Shown here: piece by piece, positions 19,865 to 28,365 of the stretch
How positions within the stretch are numbered: the stretch's first letter is position 1
Layout: each line of letters begins with the position of its first letter
Source of the DNA: Flavobacteriales bacterium
GTDB taxonomy: Bacteria; Bacteroidota; Bacteroidia; Flavobacteriales_F; PHOS-HE28
DNA length: 64,000 bases
Reading direction: 5' to 3'
Assembly (NCBI GenBank): GCA_044226515.1
Contig: JBGAGX010000001.1
Coordinates: 19,321-83,320, forward strand
The notes under the pieces: generated by a model
The model's database searches: none
What the model saw: only the letters and a program-made list of their open reading frames with translations
What the model was told of the DNA's origin: nothing
Position numbers and translations under genes: made by a program

Positions 19865-20146
19865 TCAGCGCAGCCACTTGCGCTCCATCACGAAGGTGCC
19901 GAAGGGCAGCACGCTCGCGGCGCCCAGGCCAACGATGCGTTCCACGTCCCACTTGAGCTTGGTGAAGAGCGGCACGGCGGCGATCCAGTACCACACGAAG
20001 AGCACCCCGTGCGCCCAGCCGACCAGCTTCACGGCGAGGGGCTCGCCGGCGAGGTACTTCAAGGGCATGGCCACGAAGAGCAGGATCAGGAAGCTGATGC
20101 CCTCGGCGATGGCGACCGAGCGGAAGCGGGCGATGATGGGGTCCAT
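19865..20146 (-). CDS. DUF3817 family membrane protein
   Basis: MDPIIARFRSVAIAEGISFLILLFVAMPLKY…GWAHGVLFVWY matches the DUF3817 pattern as recalled. The start is placed at Met24 of ORF 19865..20215. Confidence 0.6.
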   Translation of the reverse strand: MDPIIARFRSVAIAEGISFLILLFVAMPLKYLAGEPLAVKLVGWAHGVLFVWYWIAAVPLFTKLKWDVERIVGLGAASVLPFGTFVMERKWLR

Positions 20147-20198
20147 GGACTGGAATAGGCCGCAAAGATGGTCCATGGCGCGTCCGCACCAGGCCCCT

Positions 20199-20675
20199 TC
20201 AGCGAACACGCTCACCCCGCGAAGCCGAGAACGCCTGGCGGGCCAGTTCCACCGCGGCGGGCGGGGCTTGGATCGTCAGGTGGTCCTCCCGGTCGTCGCC
20301 GTTCACGAAATGCACATCGATGCGGTCCTTTCCGCACGCGAGCGCACGCACCTTGGTGAAGGGGATCCGGAGGTGGGGCGCAAGGTCGTGCCGGAAGCGG
20401 TGCATCGCCAGAAGCACACCTGCCCCGGCAAAGCCGAGGGCAAGGACGAGCCCGTTGGCCCGCGCGGTGTCCACGTGCGCGAACCCCAACCCCCCACGGG
20501 CCAGGACCAGCAGGATGCCGAAGAGGCCGTAGACCGATCGCTTGGCACGGCCTTTCACGGAGCGTTCCGGGGTGGCATGCGCCTCCTGCCAGTTGCCGCT
20601 GGCGGACAGGTACAGCCCGTGCTCATCGATGTTCAGGTAGCCACGCCCCGATCCGAAGTGACGACGCTCGATCAT
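20199..20675 (-). CDS. hypothetical membrane protein (TPM-operon partner)
   Basis: Met21 of ORF 20199..20735 (MIERRHFGSG…). Central hydrophobic hairpin GLFGILLVLARGGLGF…LVLALGFAGAGVLLAM. 1-nt overlap with the TPM gene stop. Confidence 0.5.
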   Translation of the reverse strand: MIERRHFGSGRGYLNIDEHGLYLSASGNWQEAHATPERSVKGRAKRSVYGLFGILLVLARGGLGFAHVDTARANGLVLALGFAGAGVLLAMHRFRHDLAPHLRIPFTKVRALACGKDRIDVHFVNGDDREDHLTIQAPPAAVELARQAFSASRGERVR

Positions 20676-21163
20676 CAAGGGATCCGGTTCCCGGGCTTCT
20701 CCAGGTGCTGCACGATGGCGAGCGTTCCGGCCCACACGCCTTCGGCGAACTCGTCCTTGCGGAAATGCGGGATCATCAGCTCGTCCACGATGGCCGCGCA
20801 GTCCGCGTCGGTGAGCACCTTCTCGGTGCCGTAGCCGGTGGCGATGAACACGCTGCGCAGCGTCCGGCTCACGGCGATCACCACGCCGTTGTCACGGCCC
20901 TTCTTGCCCACGCCGAGCGAGTCCCCGAAGGTGGCGGCGAAGCTGGGCAGGTCCGGGTGGCCGTGCAGGCTGGCGGTGGTCACCACGGCGATCTCGTTGC
21001 CGGTGATCCGCTCGTGGGCGTGCACCAGGCTGTCGAGCCGCGAGCCCTGCACCAGGTCGAAGAGGTGCTCGTGGTCGAACACGAACCGTCCGGCCTGCGG
21101 GCGTGGCGACAGGCCGGTGAGCACCAACAGAGCTGAGAGCGGGACCAGGACCTTCCAGCGCAT
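20675..21163 (-). CDS. TPM (TLP18.3/Psb32/MOLO-1) domain protein, secreted
   Basis: Start MRWKVLVPLSALLVLTGLSPRPQAG is a signal peptide. …KGRDNGVVIAVSRTLRSVFIATGYGTEKVLTDADCAAIVDELMIPHF… matches the TPM-domain core. Confidence 0.7.
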   Translation of the reverse strand: MRWKVLVPLSALLVLTGLSPRPQAGRFVFDHEHLFDLVQGSRLDSLVHAHERITGNEIAVVTTASLHGHPDLPSFAATFGDSLGVGKKGRDNGVVIAVSRTLRSVFIATGYGTEKVLTDADCAAIVDELMIPHFRKDEFAEGVWAGTLAIVQHLEKPGNRIP

Positions 21164-21207
21164 GATGACCGAAAATAGGCCATCCCGCGCAGGTGGCAAG
21201 GGCTTTC

Positions 21208-22077
21208 TTAAGCCTTGGCCGGCACCTTCACCGCGGTGAACTGGCGCTGCTTCACGCTGTAGCTGTGGCCCTTGCTGATGATGTGGACCTTCATGCCCTC
21301 GATGCTGAAGGGGTGGCCCTCCTCCACGTCGGCGAAGTCGCTGTAGGTGATGTCGTGCCCGTCGAAGATCATCACCTGGCCGCTGCCGATGGTCTCGAGC
21401 ATGTCGCCGTCGGTGATGACGATACCGGTGTCCTCGCCCAGGCCGATGCCGATGGCGGCGGGGTTGGCGGCCACCGCCTGGGTGAGGCGGCTGAAGCGCC
21501 CGCGCTCCACGAAATGGCTGTCGATGATCACGTCGTGGATGAGGGCGGCGCCGGTGGTCATCTTCACGCCGCCCTTGATGAGGCCGCTGCTGCTGTGGCC
21601 CTGGTAGATCATGGTGCTGCTCATGCACATGGCGCCCGCGCTGGTGCCGGCGATCACGAAGCCGGGCTCCTCCTCGTAGCGGCGCTTCATCAGCTGCAGG
21701 AAGGCCGTGCCGCCGAAGATGGTGGTGAGCCGCAGCTGGTTCCCGCCGCTCATCATCACGGCGTCGGCGCGCGAGAGCCGCTTGATCATGTCCGGTTTCA
21801 CGTCGCCGCGGTCGCGGATGTCGAGGATGTCGATGTTGGTGGCGCCCAGCTTGCCGAAGGCCTGCAGGTAGTTCTCGGCCACCTCATCGGGGATGCTGCT
21901 GGCGCTGGTGATCACGGCGATGCGCTTCTCCGGTCCACCGGCCTCGTCCACCACCCGTTTCAGGATGCCGTCCTCGATGAAGTTGTGGTGGAAGACCTTG
22001 CTGTGGTGGCCGCCCTCGGGCGTGTTGCCCTTGTCCTCATTACCGCCGATGGCGATCAGCTTCCCTTTGGGTGTCAT
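21208..22077 (-). CDS. cphB: cyanophycinase (peptidase S51)
   Basis: Met35 of ORF 21208..22179 begins MTPKGKLIAIGGNEDKG…. The motif …VIAGTSAGAMCMS… carries the catalytic Ser. Confidence 0.85.
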   Translation of the reverse strand: MTPKGKLIAIGGNEDKGNTPEGGHHSKVFHHNFIEDGILKRVVDEAGGPEKRIAVITSASSIPDEVAENYLQAFGKLGATNIDILDIRDRGDVKPDMIKRLSRADAVMMSGGNQLRLTTIFGGTAFLQLMKRRYEEEPGFVIAGTSAGAMCMSSTMIYQGHSSSGLIKGGVKMTTGAALIHDVIIDSHFVERGRFSRLTQAVAANPAAIGIGLGEDTGIVITDGDMLETIGSGQVMIFDGHDITYSDFADVEEGHPFSIEGMKVHIISKGHSYSVKQRQFTAVKVPAKA

Positions 22078-22245
22078 GTGCGCGTGTTGAACCCCCGCCC
22101 CGATGCCTTCCGGCTGAAAGGCCCAGCGAAAGTAGGGGGTCCCTCCGGGCCGGTCCAGCCGCATGGTCCCGATCATCAACAGGGTTTTCCATGCCTTGCC
22201 GTTCGCGGCGCCCTGCTATCTTACCCACCGATCAAGCCCTTTCCC

Positions 22246-24909
22246 ATGCGGATCCTCGAGCTGAAAGCCATGCGCGGCCCCAATTACTGGTCGGTGCGCC
22301 GCCACCACCTCATCGTGATGCGCCTCGACATCGAGGAACTGGAGCAGCGTCCCACGGACAAGATCCCCGGCTTCTACGAGCGCATCACCACGCTGCTGCC
22401 CACCACCTACAGCCATCGCTGCAGCGAGGACCACGAAGGCGGCTTCTGGGAGCGCATCAAGCGCGGCACCTGGATGGGGCACGTGATCGAGCACATCGCC
22501 CTCGAGATCCAGACGCTCGCCGGCATGGAAACAGGCTTCGGCCGCACCCGCAGCACCCGCGAACCCGGCGTGTACAATGTGGTGTTCAGCTACATCGAGG
22601 AGCCCGTGGGCCTTTACGCCGCCAAGGCCGCTGTGCGCATCGCCGAGGCCCTCATCAGCGGCGAGCCCTACGACCTGGCCGACGACATCCAGAAGATGCG
22701 CGAGCTGCGCGAGGAGAGCCGCCTGGGACCCAGCACCGGCAGCATCGTGCAGGAGGCCGTGAGCCGCGGCATCCCGTACCTGCGCCTCAACGGCCAGAGC
22801 CTGGTGCAGCTCGGCCACGGCATCCACCAGAAGCGCATCCGGGCCACCATCACCAGCCAGACCAGCAACATCGGGGTGGAGATCGCCTGCGACAAGGAGG
22901 AGACCAAGCAATTGCTCGAGAGCTACGAGATACCGGTGCCGAAAGGCCGCGTGGTGCGGTCAGAGGAAGGTTTGATCGATGCGCTGCAAGTGATTGGATA
23001 TCCGTGTGTTATTAAGCCTATAGGGGGTAATCACGGACGCGGTGCCACCATCGGCATCAAGACCGTGGAGGAGGCCAAGGTGGCGCTCGCCAAGGCCAAG
23101 GAGATCAGCCGCAGTGTGATCGTGGAGCGCTACATCACCGGGCTCGACCACCGGCTGCTGGTGATCAACCACCGCTTCGTGGCGGCCGCCAAGCGCACGC
23201 CGGCCTGCGTGGTCGGCGACGGCACCCGCACCATCGCGCAGCTCGCCGAGGAGGTGAACAAGGACCCCCGCCGCGGCTACGGGCATGAAAAGGTGCTCAC
23301 CCGCATCGACATCGACGACCATACCCTGAAGCTGCTCGCGCTGAAGGGCCTAACCCCCGACAGTGTGCCCCCCAAGGACGAGGTGGTGTACCTGAAGGCC
23401 ACGGCCAACCTCAGCACCGGTGGCACCGCGGATGACGTCACCGAGGTGGTGCACCCCTTCAACGTCTTCCTTGCCGAGCGCATCAGCCGCATCATCGACC
23501 TGGACATCTGCGGCATCGACATCATGACGGACGATATCACCATGCCGCTGAACGAGAGCGGCGGTGCGGTGCTGGAGGTGAACGCAGCGCCCGGCTTCCG
23601 CATGCACCTGGACCCCACCGGTGGCCTGGGCCGGAACGTGGCCGAGCCCGTGGTGGACATGCTCTTCCCGCCGGGCACGCCCAGCCGCATCCCCATCATC
23701 GCCATCACCGGCACCAACGGAAAGACGACCACCACGCGCCTCACCAGCCACATCATGCGCAGCGTGGGCCACAAGGTGGGCATGACCTGCAGCGACGGCG
23801 TGTACATCCTGAACCGCATGCTCATGAAGGGCGACTGCACGGGTCCGGCCAGTGCGCAGTTCGTGCTGAAGGAGCCCGTGGTGGACATGGCCGTGCTGGA
23901 GACCGCCCGCGGCGGCCTGGTGCGCAGCGGCCTCGGCTTCGAGCATTGCGACGTGGCCATCGTCACCAACGTGGCGGCGGACCACCTTGGGCTGAAGGAC
24001 ATCCACACGCTGGAGGAGCTGGCCCACGTGAAGAGCACCGTGCCTCGCAGCGTGCGGCAGGACGGCTATGCCATCCTCAACGCCGATGACGAGCTGGTGA
24101 TGGCCATGCGCAAGCAGACCAACTGCAAGATCGCCCTGTTCAGCCTCGACGAGAACAACCGCCTCATCCGCCAGCACTGCAAGCTCGGGGGCCTGGCGGC
24201 GATCTACGAGAACGGCTTCGTCACCATCAGCAAGGGCGAGTGGAAGCTGCGGATCGAGAAGGCCGTGAACATTCCGCTCACCTACGGCGGCAAGGCCGTG
24301 TTCAACATCCAGAACGTGCTGCCCGCCATCCTCGCCGCCTACGTGCGCGGGGTGAAGGTGGAGGAGCTGCGCGAGGCGCTGCTGACCTTCGTGCCCAGCG
24401 CGGCGCAGACCCCGGGCCGCCTGAACCTGTTCCAGTTCAAGAACTTCCAGGTGGTGGTGGACTACGCCCACAACCCGCACGGCTTCGAGGCGCTCGGCAA
24501 GTTCCTCAGCAAGATCCCCGACAGCCCCAAGATCGGCGTGATCGCCGGCGTGGGCGACCGCCGCGACGAGGACACCATCAACCTGGGCCGCCTCAGCGCG
24601 CAGATGTTCGACGAGATCATCATCCGCCAGGACCGCAACCTGCGCGGCAAGACCGACGACGAGATCATCGCGCTCATGGTGAAGGGCATCACCGAGGTGG
24701 ACCCGAAGAAGAAGTACACCATCATCAAGAAGGAGGAGGAGGCCATCCGCCACGCCATCGGCCACGCGCCCAAGGGCAGCTTCGTCACCCTGTGCAGCGA
24801 CGTGGTGCCCGACGCGCTCGCCCTGGTGCTGAAACTGAAGGAGGAGGATGAGCGCGTGCCCTTCAGCAAGGAGGACATCCCGAACCGGAACAAGGAGCTG
24901 GTGGGGTGA
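22246..24909 (+). CDS. cphA: cyanophycin synthetase
   Basis: Met352 of ORF 21193..24909 begins MRILELKAMRGPNYWS. An ATP-grasp domain (VIKPIGGNHGRGATIG) and a Mur-ligase-like domain (IIAITGTNGKTTTTRLTSHI) are present, giving an 887-aa product. Confidence 0.9.
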   Translation: MRILELKAMRGPNYWSVRRHHLIVMRLDIEELEQRPTDKIPGFYERITTLLPTTYSHRCSEDHEGGFWERIKRGTWMGHVIEHIALEIQTLAGMETGFGRTRSTREPGVYNVVFSYIEEPVGLYAAKAAVRIAEALISGEPYDLADDIQKMRELREESRLGPSTGSIVQEAVSRGIPYLRLNGQSLVQLGHGIHQKRIRATITSQTSNIGVEIACDKEETKQLLESYEIPVPKGRVVRSEEGLIDALQVIGYPCVIKPIGGNHGRGATIGIKTVEEAKVALAKAKEISRSVIVERYITGLDHRLLVINHRFVAAAKRTPACVVGDGTRTIAQLAEEVNKDPRRGYGHEKVLTRIDIDDHTLKLLALKGLTPDSVPPKDEVVYLKATANLSTGGTADDVTEVVHPFNVFLAERISRIIDLDICGIDIMTDDITMPLNESGGAVLEVNAAPGFRMHLDPTGGLGRNVAEPVVDMLFPPGTPSRIPIIAITGTNGKTTTTRLTSHIMRSVGHKVGMTCSDGVYILNRMLMKGDCTGPASAQFVLKEPVVDMAVLETARGGLVRSGLGFEHCDVAIVTNVAADHLGLKDIHTLEELAHVKSTVPRSVRQDGYAILNADDELVMAMRKQTNCKIALFSLDENNRLIRQHCKLGGLAAIYENGFVTISKGEWKLRIEKAVNIPLTYGGKAVFNIQNVLPAILAAYVRGVKVEELREALLTFVPSAAQTPGRLNLFQFKNFQVVVDYAHNPHGFEALGKFLSKIPDSPKIGVIAGVGDRRDEDTINLGRLSAQMFDEIIIRQDRNLRGKTDDEIIALMVKGITEVDPKKKYTIIKKEEEAIRHAIGHAPKGSFVTLCSDVVPDALALVLKLKEEDERVPFSKEDIPNRNKELVG

Positions 24910-24947
24910 CGCCGTTCCGGTTGCGGTCGTCCAGTAAAGCACACCCA

Positions 24948-25694
24948 ATGTTCATGAAAGCGCTGCTCTACACCCTGGCCCTCGTCCTGATGTCCACCGC
25001 CGCCACCGCCCAGGACCTGAAGCCCGTGGCCTACACCGATGGTCCCCAAAAGCTTAACGGCCTGGTGACGGACAATGACGGCACCAAGCGACCGGGCGTG
25101 CTCATCCTGCCCGCGTGGATGGGCATCGACGAAGAGGCTCGAACCGCGGCGAAGGAACTGGCGAAGCAGGGCTACATCGCCTTCATCGCCGACATCTACG
25201 GAGAGGGCAACGTCCCCACGGACTTCAGCGGCGCGCGCACCATCGCCACGCACTACAAGACCGACTTCGCCGCGTATCAGCACCGCATCGCGCTGGCCCT
25301 GGAGCAACTGAAAAAGGCCGGCGCCGACCCTGACCGCATCGCGGTGATCGGCTATTGCTTCGGTGGTACAGGCGCGTTGGAGGCGGCGCGGGCCCAACTC
25401 CCGGTGAAGGGCGTGGTGAGCATCCACGGCGGACTTGGCAAGGGCGATCGCCCCAACGGGCCCATCAGCACCAGCGTGCTCATCCAGCACCCCGAGGCCG
25501 ATCCCACGGTAAGCAAGGAGGATATGGCCAGCATCACCGCCGAGTTGAATGAAGCGAAGGCCGATTGGCAGCTGATCAGCTACGCGCACTGCGGGCACAC
25601 CTTCACCAACCCGGCGAGCAAGGAATACAACAAGCGCATGGCCGACCGGGCCTGGCAGCACCTGCTGGTGTTCCTGAAGGAGGTTCTGGCCTGA
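24948..25694 (+). CDS. dienelactone hydrolase family protein, secreted
   Basis: Signal peptide MFMKALLYTLALVLMSTAATAQ. Motif IAVIGYCFGG with the nucleophile elbow, and a C-terminal HCGHTF. Confidence 0.85.
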   Translation: MFMKALLYTLALVLMSTAATAQDLKPVAYTDGPQKLNGLVTDNDGTKRPGVLILPAWMGIDEEARTAAKELAKQGYIAFIADIYGEGNVPTDFSGARTIATHYKTDFAAYQHRIALALEQLKKAGADPDRIAVIGYCFGGTGALEAARAQLPVKGVVSIHGGLGKGDRPNGPISTSVLIQHPEADPTVSKEDMASITAELNEAKADWQLISYAHCGHTFTNPASKEYNKRMADRAWQHLLVFLKEVLA

Positions 25695-25699
25695 TCCGC

Positions 25700-26278
25700 T
25701 CAGAAGCGGTCCGCGCGCGCTCCCCGCAACAGGTTGTCGTTCGTGTGCAACGCGAAGCGCCCCATCAGCCGGCGACGCCGGAAGTGGATGAAAGGGAAGC
25801 GCTTGGACACGTACAGCCGGTGGAAGCGATGAGGCCTGGTCCGCGGCGCAGCGAGCGGCTCCTGACGTACGCAGGTTCCGAAGAGGGCCATTTCCTTCTC
25901 CAGTTCCTCCGGGCTCGCGGGCGCTTCCACCACCTGTGCGGCCCGCGGTGCGTCAACCGGTAACACGGGTCGCGTGTATTCGGAAGGCGCGGGAGTTCGC
26001 GTGTCCTGCGCGATCACCGCCACCGACCCGAGCGTGAGCCCTGCCGCCAGCAGCCCACGCTTGGGGCTGAGCAGTTCGACCAGCGGCACCAGGTGCGGCT
26101 CGAGGTGCTCCGGCCGGTACACCCCGCAGGCCTCGGGATGTTCACGCTTGTAGGCCACCACCGCGCGTCGGTCCCAGCCCGTGAAGTCCATCACCGCATG
26201 CCGGCATTTCAGGCAGAACCGGCCTTCGGCAACGGGTGGCATGGCGTTCCAGTCCTCGCGGCAGGCTCCGGCGGTCAT
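25700..26278 (-). CDS. hypothetical Cys-rich protein (CxxDW…CxxC…C N-terminal putative zinc-ribbon)
   Basis: N-terminus CREDWNAMPPVAEGRFCLKCRHAVMDFTGW…EACGVY. No family recognised. Start is uncertain between Met1 and Met13. Confidence 0.45.
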   Translation of the reverse strand: MTAGACREDWNAMPPVAEGRFCLKCRHAVMDFTGWDRRAVVAYKREHPEACGVYRPEHLEPHLVPLVELLSPKRGLLAAGLTLGSVAVIAQDTRTPAPSEYTRPVLPVDAPRAAQVVEAPASPEELEKEMALFGTCVRQEPLAAPRTRPHRFHRLYVSKRFPFIHFRRRRLMGRFALHTNDNLLRGARADRF

Positions 26279-26328
26279 GGCGCGTGTTTCCTGAAAGACG
26301 TTCGGGGCGGGCGAACGCTGCCTGCGAA

Positions 26329-26356
26329 CGAAAAAGGCCCCGTTTCCGGGGCCTTT
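26329..26356 (-). terminator. rho-independent terminator downstream of rplS (bidirectional hairpin)
   Basis: gaaaaaGGCCCCgtttccGGGGCCttttcgg forms a 6-bp GC stem with a 6-nt loop, flanked by an A-run and a T-run so the T-tract is present on both strands. It lies immediately after the rplS stop on the minus strand. Confidence 0.65.
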
Positions 26357-26377
26357 TCGGAGTTCACTGAAGGAGGC

Positions 26378-26746
26378 TTACTTGGCCCCGGCTGTGACCA
26401 GCTGGCGCTTCTCCTGGATGCGGGCGCTCTTGCCACGCAGGCCGCGCAGGTAGAAGATGCGCGCCCGGCGCACCGAGCCGCGCTTGTTCACCTCGATCTG
26501 GTCGATGAAGGGGGAGGCCACCGGGAAGATGCGCTCCACGCCCACGTTGTTGCTGATCTTCCGCACGGTGAAGGTGGCGGTGCTGCCCGAGCCTTTGCGC
26601 TGGATCACCACGCCCTGGAACTGCTGGATGCGCTCCTTGTTCCCTTCGCTGATGCGGTAGTGGACCGTGATGGTGTCACCGGCCTTGAAGTCGGGAAGCT
26701 GCTTCAGCGGGGCCCATTCCTTCTCGAGTTGCTTGATCTTGTCCAT
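26378..26746 (-). CDS. rplS: 50S ribosomal protein L19
   Basis: Met13 of ORF 26378..26782 begins [48 protein letters not shown]…. The ORF-track start is a TTG. Confidence 0.9.
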   Translation of the reverse strand: MDKIKQLEKEWAPLKQLPDFKAGDTITVHYRISEGNKERIQQFQGVVIQRKGSGSTATFTVRKISNNVGVERIFPVASPFIDQIEVNKRGSVRRARIFYLRGLRGKSARIQEKRQLVTAGAK

Positions 26747-26824
26747 GACGCTCAGCGCTTTACGGTTGAAGTCCCGTTCCAACGGGGGCGCAATATTAAG
26801 GCTTTTTCCGGTTCACCCCCAAGG

Positions 26825-27526
26825 TCAACCTTCACCGAAGGTATCGGGGGCCGCTCCCGGTAGTCCGGGACGCCGTTCCCGGGTGCGGGCCAGGGCCTGT
26901 TCGTGGCGCCAGGCCTCGATCCGGGCCTCGTGGCCGCTCAGGAGCACCTCGGGCACCTTCCACCCGTTGTAGTCGGCCGGCCGGGTGTACACGGGCGGGG
27001 CCACCAGCCCGTCCTGGAAGCTGTCGCTCAGGGCGCTGGTCTCGTCGTTCAGCACGCCCGGGATCAGGCGGATGAGGCTGTCGCTGAACACCGCGGCGGC
27101 CAGCTCGCCCCCGCTCAGCACGTAGTCGCCGATGCTGATCTCGCGGGTGATGAGGTGCTCGCGCACGCGCTCGTCCACCCCCTTGTAGTGCCCGCATAGG
27201 ATGATGAGGTTCTTCAAGGTGCTCATGCGGTTGGCCAGCGGCTGGTCGAGCAGCTCGCCGTCGGGGCTCATGTAGATCACCTCGTCGTAGCCGCGCTCGG
27301 CCTTCAGGGCGCTGATGCACCGGTCGATGGGCTCGAGCTGCATCACCATGCCGGCACCGCCCCCGAAGGCGTAATCGTCCACACGCTTGTGCTTGTCGGT
27401 GCTGTAGGCGCGCAGGTCGTGCACCACCACCTCGGCCAGGCCCTTCTGCTGGGCTCGCTGCAGGATGCTCTCCCCGAACCAGCTGTCCAGCAGGCGGGGC
27501 ACCACGGAGAGGATGTCGATGCGCAT
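26825..27526 (-). CDS. trmD: tRNA (guanine37-N1)-methyltransferase
   Basis: [30 protein letters not shown]…[11 protein letters not shown]… are TrmD SPOUT-fold motifs. It sits upstream of rplS as in the conserved operon. Confidence 0.9.
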   Translation of the reverse strand: MRIDILSVVPRLLDSWFGESILQRAQQKGLAEVVVHDLRAYSTDKHKRVDDYAFGGGAGMVMQLEPIDRCISALKAERGYDEVIYMSPDGELLDQPLANRMSTLKNLIILCGHYKGVDERVREHLITREISIGDYVLSGGELAAAVFSDSLIRLIPGVLNDETSALSDSFQDGLVAPPVYTRPADYNGWKVPEVLLSGHEARIEAWRHEQALARTRERRPGLPGAAPDTFGEG

Positions 27527-27633
27527 GAGAGAGGGCCGGTCGGAGGGCTTCAGGGCGCGAAGATCGGAGCGGTTCCGGGGCCAACGCTAACTTTCGGCAT
27601 CCGGTTTGCGAAAAAGCCGGCACAACAAGACCC

Positions 27634-28365
27634 ATGAAGAACCTGTTGACGCTCGGTCTGGCTGCGGTGCTCGCCATGCCCGCCTTCGCCCAGAAGCACG
27701 TGTATGAGGACCTACTCGTGAAGTTCGTGGACGAGAAGTACGAGGACGTGCTTGCCAAGGCGCTCTCCTACACGGAGAACGACGAGACGAAGAAGGACCC
27801 GCTGCCCTACCTCTACATCTCGATGAGCCTCTACGAGATGAGCAAGATCGAGAAGTACCGGGCCATGGAGGAGTACAAGAAGAGCGACAAGGACGCGGTG
27901 AAGTGGGCCGAGAAATACCGCAAGAAGGACAAGGAGAAGCAGTTCTTCGACAACTACGCCGACTTCTGGGCCGAGCTGAACACCATGGCCGGCGAGAGCG
28001 GCCTGAACTTTTACGATGAAGGCGCGAAGGGCTTCAGCAAGGCGAAGCAGATGTTCGATGGCATGACGGGCTACTACCCGGAGAACCCGGGTCCTTGGCT
28101 GATGCTTGCGCTGTGCCAGTACCAGACCAACCTGGCGAAGGAGGCGGAGACCAGCATGAAGAACTTCCAGAGCGCACTGGACAATGCCGGCGGTGCGGCC
28201 AACCTGCCCGAGGACCAGAAGAAGCTGCTGAAGACGGCCATGATGAACTACGCCACCTACAAGCAGAGCAAGGGCGACAAGGCGGCGGGCTCCGCGATGC
28301 TGGAACAGGGAAGGGAGGCCTTCATGGCCGAGCCTGATTTCAAGACCTTCATCGAGGGCTACTAG
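27634..28365 (+). CDS. hypothetical secreted protein (Lys/Glu-rich, all-alpha)
   Basis: Signal peptide MKNLLTLGLAAVLAMPAFAQ. No recognisable domain. A TAACTTTC -7-like motif lies about 50 nt upstream. Confidence 0.6.
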   Translation: MKNLLTLGLAAVLAMPAFAQKHVYEDLLVKFVDEKYEDVLAKALSYTENDETKKDPLPYLYISMSLYEMSKIEKYRAMEEYKKSDKDAVKWAEKYRKKDKEKQFFDNYADFWAELNTMAGESGLNFYDEGAKGFSKAKQMFDGMTGYYPENPGPWLMLALCQYQTNLAKEAETSMKNFQSALDNAGGAANLPEDQKKLLKTAMMNYATYKQSKGDKAAGSAMLEQGREAFMAEPDFKTFIEGY

